Notes under the pieces: model-generated
Seen by the model: the letters and a program-made list of their open reading frames with translations, nothing else
Told to the model about the DNA's origin: nothing
Database searches by the model: none
Translations under genes and position numbers: made by a program
Shown here: one piece after another, positions 1-4,984 of the stretch
Position numbering within the stretch: the first letter of the stretch is position 1
Layout of the letters: each line of letters starts with the position of its first letter
Virus record (IMG/VR): IMGVR_UViG_2537562119_000008
Length of the DNA stretch: 5,379 bases
Source: a virus
Lineage: Duplodnaviria; Heunggongvirae; Uroviricota; Caudoviricetes
Strand: one strand, 5' to 3'

Positions 1-90
1 GCAAGGCTATACCAAAAAATCAGTGTAGGTTCAGAAAACGATGCACCATACAATCATCAATAATTTCAAATTGTCCATTGTGCATAAATC

Positions 91-133
91 ATAAAGAAAA
101 CCGCAGCACGTCGTATGCAAGAACGTGCTGCGG
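91..133 (-). terminator. Predicted intrinsic terminator-like hairpin distal to tI
   Basis: Perfect 10-bp inverted repeat CCGCAGCACG (101-110) / CGTGCTGCGG (124-133) with a 13-nt loop. On the minus strand it is followed by TTTTCTTTAT (reverse complement of 91-100). No T-tract follows it on the plus strand. Confidence 0.35.
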
Positions 134-292
134 TTGGCTGGTGAACTTTCGATAGTGCGAGTATTGAATGATTTCCAGCTGTTGCCGATTTTACTATGTT
201 TTCAGTAGAACACTTAGACAAAACTGAGGCACACAAATCTTTGCACTGGATTGCAAGGCTTTGTGCTTCTCTGGAGTGCGACATGTTTGATA

Positions 293-334
293 ACAAAAAA
301 TTAGCGCAAGAAGACAAAAATCACCTTGCGCTAA
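293..334 (-). terminator. tI / sib-region terminator hairpin downstream of int (lambda-like)
   Basis: Inverted repeat TTAGCGCAAG (301-310) / CTTGCGCTAA (325-334). On the minus strand it is followed by TTTTTTGT (reverse complement of 293-300). The minus-strand sequence GCGCAAGGTGATTTTTGTCTTCTTGCGCTAATTTTTT matches the lambda tI/sib hairpin as I remember it. Position is about 190 bp beyond the att core, as in lambda. Confidence 0.7.
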
Positions 335-575
335 TGCTCTGTCTCAGGTCACTAATACTATCTAAGTAGTTGATTCATAGTGACTGGATATGTTGTGTTT
401 TGTAGCATTATGTAGTCTATTTTTTAGACTAAAGATATTGTAACACATTGATATTAATGGTTTTTAATGTTTCGCGTTCAGCTTTTTTATACTAAGTTGG
501 CATTATAAAAAAGCATTGCTTATCAATTTGTTGCAACGAACAGGTCACTATCAGTCAAAATAAAATCATTATTTG
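328..575. other. attP: attP phage attachment site (lambda-type POP'), core at 481-495
   Basis: The 15-bp common core GCTTTTTTATACTAA is at 481-495. The P' arm (496-575, GTTGGCATTATAAAAAAGCATTGCTTATCAATTTGTTGCAACGAACAGGTCACTATCAGTCAAAATAAAATCATTATTTGATTTC) matches the lambda P' arm as I remember it. The P arm carries lambda-like sequence (AGGTCACTAATAC..., CATAGTGACTGGATATGTTGTGTTTT). The site abuts the 3' end of int. Phage-type sequence on both sides of the core indicates attP rather than a prophage attL/attR junction. Confidence 0.88.
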
Positions 576-1639
576 ATTTCAATTTTGTCCCACTCCCTGC
601 CTCTGTCATCACGATACTGTGATGCCATGGTGTCCGACTTATGCCCGAGAAGATGTTGAGCAAACTTATCGCTTATCTGCTTCTCATAGAGTCTTGCAGA
701 CAAACTGCGCAACTCGTGAAAGGTAGGCGGATCCCCTTCGAAGGAAAGACCTGATGCTTTTCGTGCGCGCATAAAATACCTTGATACTGTGCCGGATGAA
801 AGCGGTTCGCGACGAGTAGATGCAATTATGGTTTCTCCGCCAAGAATCTCTTTGCATTTATCAAGTGTTTCCTTCATTGATATTCCGAGAGCATCAACAT
901 GCAATACTGTTGGGATGGCAATTTTTACGCCTGTTTTGCTTTGCTCGACATAAAGATATCCATCTACGATATCAGACCACTTCATTTCGCATAAATCACC
1001 AACTCGTTGCCCGGTAACAACAGCCAGTTCCATTGCAAGTCTGAGCCAACATGGTGATGATTCTGCTGCTTGATAAATTTTCAGGTATTCGTCAGCCGTA
1101 AGTCTTGATCTCCTTACCTCTGATTTTGCTGCGCGAGTGGCAGCGACAGGGTTTGTTGTTATATGGCCTTCAGCTATTGCCTCTCGGAATGCATCGCTCA
1201 GTGTTGATCTGATTAACTTGGCTGACGCCGCCTTGCCCTCGTCTATGTATCCATTGAGCATTGCCGCAATTTCTTTTGTGGTGATGTCTTCAAGTGGAGC
1301 ATCAGGCAGACCCCTCCTTATTGCTTTAATTTTGCTCATGTAATTTATGAGTGTCTTCTGCTTGATTCCTCTGCTGGCCAGGATTTTTTCGTAGCGATAA
1401 AGCCATGAATGTAACGTAACGGAATTATCACTGTTGATTCTCGCTGTCAGAGGCTTGTGTTTGTGTCCTGAAAATAACTCAATGTTGGCCTGTATAGCTT
1501 CAGTGATTGCGATTCGCCTGTCTCTGCCTAATCCAAACTCTTTACCCGTCCTTGGGTCCCTGTAGCAGTAATATCCATTGTTTCTTATATAAAGGTTAGG
1601 GGGTAAATCCCGGCGCTCATGACTTCGCCTTCTTCCCAT
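569..1639 (-). CDS. int: Tyrosine recombinase, phage lambda-type integrase Int (356 aa)
   Basis: Full 356-aa ORF with ATG start. The translation (MGRRRSHERRDLPPNLYIRNNGYYCYRDPRTGKEFGLGRDRR ... HLLGHKSDTMASQYRDDRGREWDKIEIK) matches lambda Int as I remember it, including the C-terminal catalytic tyrosine motif (MASQY). The 3' end abuts the attP P' arm and the 5' end overlaps xis by 23 nt, as in lambda. Confidence 0.97.
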   Translation of the reverse strand: MGRRRSHERRDLPPNLYIRNNGYYCYRDPRTGKEFGLGRDRRIAITEAIQANIELFSGHKHKPLTARINSDNSVTLHSWLYRYEKILASRGIKQKTLINYMSKIKAIRRGLPDAPLEDITTKEIAAMLNGYIDEGKAASAKLIRSTLSDAFREAIAEGHITTNPVAATRAAKSEVRRSRLTADEYLKIYQAAESSPCWLRLAMELAVVTGQRVGDLCEMKWSDIVDGYLYVEQSKTGVKIAIPTVLHVDALGISMKETLDKCKEILGGETIIASTRREPLSSGTVSRYFMRARKASGLSFEGDPPTFHELRSLSARLYEKQISDKFAQHLLGHKSDTMASQYRDDRGREWDKIEIK

Positions 1640-1835
1640 TTCTGATCCTCTTCAAAAGGCTACCTGTTACTGGTCGATTTAAGTCAACCTTTACCGCTGA
1701 TTCGTGGAACAGATACTCTCTTCCATCCTTAACCGGAGGAGGGAATATCCTGCACTCGCGTACCCATCGACGAACTGTTTCAAGGCTTCTTGGGCGTCGC
1801 TGGCGTGCGTTCCACTCCTGAAGTGTCAAGTACAT
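1617..1835 (-). CDS. xis: Excisionase Xis (72 aa)
   Basis: The 72-aa translation MYLTLQEWNARQRRPRSLETVRRWVRECRIFPPPVKDGREYLFHESAVKVDLNRPVTGSLLKRIRNGKKAKS matches lambda Xis as I remember it. It sits immediately upstream of int and overlaps it, as in lambda. Confidence 0.95.
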   Translation of the reverse strand: MYLTLQEWNARQRRPRSLETVRRWVRECRIFPPPVKDGREYLFHESAVKVDLNRPVTGSLLKRIRNGKKAKS

Positions 1836-1865
1836 CGCAAAGTCTCCGCAATTACACGCAAGAAA
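1820..1865 (-). promoter_or_regulatory. PI promoter with cII-binding TTGC-N6-TTGC repeat, overlapping the xis start
   Basis: The minus strand reads CTTGCGTGTAATTGCGGAGACTTTGCGATGTACTTGACAC. The TTGC tetrads are the reverse complement of GCAA at 1858-1861 and 1848-1851, 6 nt apart. This is the classic cII-activated promoter architecture, and the lambda PI region lies in this position relative to the xis ATG (1835). Exact -10 and transcription start are not resolved here. Confidence 0.6.
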
Positions 1866-1887
1866 AAACCGCCATCAGGCGGCTTGG
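1862..1887 (-). terminator. Predicted intrinsic terminator overlapping the stop codon of the 55-aa ORF, just upstream of PI
   Basis: Minus strand reads AAGCCGCCTGATGGCGGTTTTTTCTT: a GC-rich stem CCGCC/GGCGG with a 4-nt loop, followed by six T. Confidence 0.45.
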
Positions 1888-2042
1888 TGTTCTTTCAGTT
1901 CTTCAATTCGAATATTGGTTACGTCTGCATGTGCTATCTGCGCCCATATCATCCAGTGGTTATAACAGTCGTTGATGTTCTCTGCTTCGATAACCCTGTT
2001 GAATGGCTCTCCATTCCATTCACCTGTGACTCGGAAGTGCAT
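1875..2042 (-). CDS. Small hypothetical protein (55 aa) between the accessory block and xis
   Basis: Not in the supplied ORF track (under 60 aa). ATG at 2042-2040 preceded by GGAG with a 7-nt spacer (minus strand ATGGAGATGATAAATG). Translation MHFRVTGEWNGEPFNRVIEAENINDCYNHWMIWAQIAHADVTNIRIEELKEHQAA. Its size (168 bp) and its 39-bp spacing from xis match the small unnamed ORF annotated next to xis in lambda, as I recall that annotation. Confidence 0.55.
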   Translation of the reverse strand: MHFRVTGEWNGEPFNRVIEAENINDCYNHWMIWAQIAHADVTNIRIEELKEHQAA

Positions 2043-2052
2043 TTATCATCTC

Positions 2053-2080
2053 CATAAAACAAAACTCGCCGTAGCGAGTT
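2053..2080 (-). terminator. Predicted intrinsic terminator-like hairpin between the 143-aa ORF and the 55-aa ORF
   Basis: 7-bp inverted repeat AACTCGC (2063-2069) / GCGAGTT (2074-2080) with a 4-nt loop. On the minus strand it is followed by TTGTTTTAT, immediately before the RBS of the 55-aa ORF. Confidence 0.35.
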
Positions 2081-2129
2081 CAGATATAATTTCCACCAAA
2101 GGCAGTAGTTGCTTGATGCTAAGAATTAT

Positions 2130-2561
2130 TCAATATCTATTCCTGTAATATCTTTTATCTTTTATCTTTTTCCTTGCAAAGCCTTTTGCTAGTGATTTTG
2201 AAACACTCATAAGTGTACTAATTCCCTCATCCTTAAAGTTTGTTTTTATAGCTTGCCAGACATCCTTTTGACGTAAGTCAGCAATAAAATCATGCCCTCT
2301 TGCTGTCAACCTCAGTGGTACTTCGATCCAACTATATCCAACACCTTCCCCTAACGCTTTGGACAATATATGACCGAACCCAGGTTTTCCATCAACCCTG
2401 ACTATTAATTCGTAGTCACATAATAATCGCATATGGAAAATAAAATCTTGGTCATATCTATTAAAGCCATTATCCTCTAGTTCACTAAGCATCGTGTCAG
2501 GGCCACGAGTTTTTTCGAATGCGATAAGTAGATCTTTTAGATATTGCTGGTCTAATTTCAT
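2130..2561 (-). CDS. Hypothetical protein (143 aa), AT-rich accessory gene with a basic C-terminal tail
   Basis: ORF with ATG start and a strong RBS (GGAGG, 5-nt spacer). Hand counts on two 60-nt samples gave roughly 27-37% G+C, against roughly 50% for a sample in int. The C-terminus is lysine/arginine-rich (KGFARKKIKDKRYYRNRY). I recognise no family with confidence; the N-terminal pattern weakly recalls small phage DUF-type proteins. Confidence 0.6.
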   Translation of the reverse strand: MKLDQQYLKDLLIAFEKTRGPDTMLSELEDNGFNRYDQDFIFHMRLLCDYELIVRVDGKPGFGHILSKALGEGVGYSWIEVPLRLTARGHDFIADLRQKDVWQAIKTNFKDEGISTLMSVSKSLAKGFARKKIKDKRYYRNRY

Positions 2562-2589
2562 TGCCGCCTCCGTGACATGTCACAGAGAT

Positions 2590-2928
2590 TTATATCATTA
2601 ATTTTGTTTCGTGCCAGCCTTTGGTCACCCAGCATTGTGAGTCACCATTACACGGGCATGAATTAACAGGAACTCTCTCGCCGCACTTACCGCACCGTTT
2701 TCTGCTGATCGATTTTATACGCCAGCGCACACGTGCATCATCCTGGCGGCTCAGTAACGCGATGTACTCACCAAACTCGCAAGGCGCACGCCTGAAGCGA
2801 CGCGTGGCACAGTTACGCTCCAGCATTTCAATTTCCTGAGCATCAAGTACAAGCTCCAGCTTACGCATACCGGATGATGCTTGCTTGGCTCTCTGATCGG
2901 CTTTGTGCTCTGTTGCTGATTTAGCCAT
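2590..2928 (-). CDS. Cys-rich hypothetical protein (112 aa), possible zinc-ribbon / Ea8.5-like protein
   Basis: ATG start with RBS AGGAAAAG about 8 nt upstream. One hand-counted 60-nt sample gave about 55% G+C, typical of the lambda-like flanks. The C-terminal half has a CxxC...CxC...C cluster (RKRCGKCGERVPVNSCPCNGDSQC). It lies 28 nt upstream of the 143-aa ORF. It is in the approximate position of lambda ea8.5 and of similar size if translation starts at the internal Met21 (92 aa). Homology to Ea8.5 is not verified. Confidence 0.55.
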   Translation of the reverse strand: MAKSATEHKADQRAKQASSGMRKLELVLDAQEIEMLERNCATRRFRRAPCEFGEYIALLSRQDDARVRWRIKSISRKRCGKCGERVPVNSCPCNGDSQCWVTKGWHETKLMI

Positions 2929-2969
2929 TCTGCTTTTCCTGCATCAGGAGAAAGACAATCATGGCGGCG

Positions 2970-3071
2970 CGGATACTTCCGGTATCTTTTTACGCGATAT
3001 TCCCCTTCAATGGCACATACAAGAAGAGAGCCATCAACAGGAGTGATTGAGGAATCGACAACCAGCAACGC
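2970..3071 (-). pseudogene. Remnant of an S24-family peptidase gene (UmuD / LexA / CI C-terminal-domain-like fragment)
   Basis: The minus-strand frame just after a TAA stop encodes LLVVDSSITPVDGSLLVCAIEGEYRVKRYRKYP. This aligns with UmuD [33 protein letters not shown] and with the LexA motif VARIDDEVTVKRL. No upstream coding sequence for the catalytic Ser (GDSM) motif was found in any frame, and similarity is lost after about 33 codons. The supplied 105-aa ORF (2751-3068) starts at TTG and otherwise looks like read-on into the 112-aa gene region. Confidence 0.5.
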
Positions 3072-3121
3072 TTAATTATCTATAGTGTCGTATTTGCTTC
3101 ATAAAATATGGCGAATAACAC

Positions 3122-3159
3122 AAAGCCCGCAGCAGCTCATTGTGCGGGCTTTTCTTATA
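3122..3159. terminator. Hairpin terminator downstream of the 204-aa secreted-protein gene
   Basis: 10-bp inverted repeat AAAGCCCGCA (3122-3131) / TGCGGGCTTT (3143-3152) with an 11-nt loop. The plus strand follows it with TTTTCTT; the minus strand follows it with a weaker TTTGTGTTATT. It lies in an AT-rich intergenic region 3' of the 204-aa gene. Confidence 0.45.
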
Positions 3160-3221
3160 CCTACTTCCTAGAGATAATTCTATGGAGGCATTAAATCAAT
3201 ACTGTCATTGGTAATATCATA

Positions 3222-3836
3222 TTATCTAAAAGTCTTTCCACTTTTAACATCTAGGTATATTCTGTTCGACAACGTCATTCCTCCGCAATATGTGAAATAG
3301 ATGTTTTCACCCTTATTGCTTGATGCCATCCACCCTCCGATTTCCTTAAAATCGCTTTCCGTGCAGACCCCTTCATTTATTAACTTCCTAGCTGCCGAAG
3401 AAAACTCTTTTTTGTATATACGGTAGTCATCAGATCCTTTGATTAAAGTATCATCTCCGCTCGCATTTTCAGCAGGATCTGATGGCCTTTCACTGCTAAG
3501 ATCACTAAGTTTAACCCATTCTGAAAACTTGCCATTAACGATTCCATTTTTTCTTGTGCAGGATTTATTACCTTCTTTAATATATTCGCTTTCCCCTCCA
3601 ACACATGAGGCTGAATATGGCTCAGTTATACGAACCCATTCACCTTTTTTTTCTAGAAAATCTACGCCTTCCCTGAAAAATAGTTTCCCAGCCACTCCAC
3701 ATTTACTTGAAGGGCAGGTATGTCTTTCCGTTCGATCAACAACAACCCATAGTTTTGATTCATTTTTTGCCATTGCCGATGGTATTTGAGATGAGACAAT
3801 TAACGTAAGCCCTAAAATTAGTATTGATTTTTTCAT
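3222..3836 (-). CDS. Secreted (Sec signal peptide) cysteine-containing protein of unknown function (204 aa), AT-rich moron
   Basis: ATG with RBS AAGGAA and a 6-nt spacer. The N-terminus MKKSILILGLTLIVSSQIPSAMA|KNE has a basic n-region, a hydrophobic core and an AxA-type cleavage site, with no lipobox Cys. The mature part has 6 Cys. Hand counts on two 60-nt samples gave roughly 33-38% G+C. Motifs GEWVRI and SEWVKL weakly recall SH3b-like folds. Confidence 0.7.
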   Translation of the reverse strand: MKKSILILGLTLIVSSQIPSAMAKNESKLWVVVDRTERHTCPSSKCGVAGKLFFREGVDFLEKKGEWVRITEPYSASCVGGESEYIKEGNKSCTRKNGIVNGKFSEWVKLSDLSSERPSDPAENASGDDTLIKGSDDYRIYKKEFSSAARKLINEGVCTESDFKEIGGWMASSNKGENIYFTYCGGMTLSNRIYLDVKSGKTFR

Positions 3837-4134
3837 TGTAATTTCCTTTTACTTTTTACAAAGCGTTTAATCATGGCTGATTATCTCTAAGTGTAGTAAC
3901 AGCCTTGTGCGAAACATGTTACCAAATCGCCATTTCAGTGTATCCGCAGTTAGGCTGCCACTTCAAGGATTCCTAATTACATGGTACGTAAGCGTAAAAT
4001 CCCGTTGGTTGGCGGGTAATAACTCTGATCAAATCTCCCTTGTCTTTTGCTCTTACGTATGCAGCTCTTGTGTATTCAACCCAGGCCTCCAGTTCAGCAA
4101 TACGCTTACTTCCATCCGAGATAACACCTTCTAC

Positions 4135-4386
4135 TCACGCTGCTCGTTGAGTTTTGATTTTTGCTGTCTCCAGCTCAACACGCAGTTTCCCCACCGTTAG
4201 CGCAATATCCTCGTTCTCCTGGTCGCGGCGTTTGATGTATTGCTGGTTTCTTTCCCGTTCATCCAGCAGTGTCAGCACAATCGATGGTGTTACCAGCTCA
4301 TGGAAAAGGTCCGCGTCAAATCCCCAGTTGTCAGGCATTGCCTGCTCTGCCGCTTCACGCAGTGCCTGAGAGTGAATTACGCTCAC
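4135..4386 (-). CDS. ea22: Ea22-like protein, N-terminal part (83 aa) ending at an in-frame TGA; likely a disrupted gene
   Basis: GTG start overlapping the stop of the upstream TraR-like gene (GTGA), at the position where lambda ea22 starts. The N-terminus MSVIHSQALREAAEQAMPDNWGFDADLFHELVTP... resembles the conserved N-terminus of Ea22-family proteins as I remember them. The frame continues open for 53 more codons after the TGA (see findings). Confidence 0.5.
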   Translation of the reverse strand: MSVIHSQALREAAEQAMPDNWGFDADLFHELVTPSIVLTLLDERERNQQYIKRRDQENEDIALTVGKLRVELETAKIKTQRAA

Positions 4387-4604
4387 TTCGAACCTCTCTG
4401 TTTACTGATAAGCTCCAGATCTTCCTGGCAACTTGCACAAGTCCGACAACCCTGAACGGCCAGGCGTCTTAGCTCATCTATGGGATCGCCACACTCACAA
4501 CAATGAGTGGCAGATACAGCCTGGTGGTTCAGGCGGCGCATTTTTATTGCTGTGTTGCGCTGTAATTCTTCAATTTCTGATGCTGAATCAATGATGTCTG
4601 CCAT
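4383..4604 (-). CDS. TraR/DksA-family C4 zinc-finger protein (lambda Orf73-like), 73 aa
   Basis: The translation has the C-x2-C-x17-C-x2-C zinc finger (CECGDPIDELRRLAVQGCRTCASC). This aligns with the F-plasmid TraR motif CEACGNPIPEARRKIFPGVTLCVEC. Length is 73 aa, and the stop overlaps the ea22-like start. Confidence 0.8.
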   Translation of the reverse strand: MADIIDSASEIEELQRNTAIKMRRLNHQAVSATHCCECGDPIDELRRLAVQGCRTCASCQEDLELISKQRGSK

Positions 4605-4656
4605 CTTCCATTAATCCCTGAATTGTTGGTTAATACGCTTGGGGGTAAATGCGAGC

Positions 4657-4680
4657 AATAAAAAAGGAGCCTGTAGCTCC
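4657..4680 (-). terminator. Weak intrinsic terminator-like hairpin between the 93-aa ORF and the TraR-like gene
   Basis: Stem GGAGC (4666-4670) / GCTCC (4676-4680) with a 5-nt loop. On the minus strand it is followed by TTTTTTATT (reverse complement of 4657-4665). The stem is short, so termination would be weak or partial. Confidence 0.3.
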
Positions 4681-4702
4681 CTGATAATTTTGCTTTTCAT
4701 GT

Positions 4703-4984
4703 TCATCGTTCCTTAAAGACGCCGTTTAACATGCCGATTGCCAGGCTTAAATGAGTCGGTGTGAATCCCATCAGCGTTACCGTTTCGCGGTGCTTCTTCA
4801 GTACGCTACGGCAAATGTCATCGACGTTTTTATCCGGAAACTGCTGTCTGGCTTTTTTGATTTCAGAATTAGCCTGACGGGCAATGCTGCGAAGGGCGTT
4901 TTCTTGCTGAGGTGTCATTGAACAAGCCCCATGTCGGCAAGCATAAGCACACAGAATATGAAGCCCGCTGCCAGAAAAATGCAT
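4703..4984 (-). CDS. Hypothetical protein (93 aa; alternative start at 4918 gives 71 aa)
   Basis: ORF with ATG at 4984. An internal ATG at 4918 overlaps the stop of a possible 27-aa upstream ORF (ATGA). No recognisable domain. It occupies roughly the position of lambda orf61 but does not match its size. Confidence 0.5.
   Translation of the reverse strand: MHFSGSGLHILCAYACRHGACSMTPQQENALRSIARQANSEIKKARQQFPDKNVDDICRSVLKKHRETVTLMGFTPTHLSLAIGMLNGVFKER

Noticed and set aside
66-317. 83-aa minus-strand ORF spanning the sib/tI region
   Set aside because: It runs straight through two hairpin terminators and the tI T-tract, has no convincing RBS, and its translation looks like low-complexity read-through. 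More likely non-coding regulatory sequence.
820-1343. Plus-strand ORFs 820-1017 and 1137-1343 inside int
   Set aside because: They lie antisense to the securely identified int gene; their translations are hydrophobic or low-complexity, as expected for antisense frames.
1704-2057. Plus-strand ORFs 1704-2057 and 1790-1975
   Set aside because: They are antisense to xis, the PI region and the 55-aa ORF, which are lambda-like and on the minus strand. No RBS was seen.
2145-2167. Short tandem repeat (ATCTTTT x3) at the 3' end of the 143-aa gene
   Set aside because: Only three copies, inside coding sequence where it encodes the KDKRY-type basic tail; consistent with AT-rich low-complexity coding sequence, not a regulatory repeat or CRISPR.
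2572-2583. 12-bp perfect palindrome GTGACATGTCAC between the 112-aa and 143-aa genes
   Set aside because: About one perfect 12-bp palindrome is expected by chance in 5.4 kb, so it is not significant on its own. It is kept only as context for the two-gene cassette.
2621-2839. Plus-strand 72-aa ORF antisense to the 112-aa gene
   Set aside because: It is entirely embedded antisense in a better-supported minus-strand gene, and no start signal was seen.
3439-3789. Plus-strand 116-aa ORF inside the secreted-protein gene
   Set aside because: It is antisense to a gene with a clear signal peptide and RBS; its Ser/Leu/Pro-rich translation is typical of an antisense frame.
3907-4200. Plus-strand 97-aa ORF
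   Set aside because: It is antisense to the Ea22-like frame, whose homology continues across 3973-4386. The translation is Cys/Ser/Phe-rich with no motif.
4154-4472. Three overlapping plus-strand ORFs (4154-4369, 4240-4455, 4269-4472)
   Set aside because: They are antisense to the TraR-like and ea22-like genes and are mutually overlapping; most likely artefacts of open antisense frames.
4611-4706. Possible 31-aa ORF (MNMKSKIIRELQAPFLLLAFTPKRINQQFRD) whose ATG overlaps the 93-aa ORF stop
   Set aside because: It contains the hairpin/T-tract at 4657-4680 and has little supporting signal beyond the ATGA overlap. More likely an intergenic terminator region.
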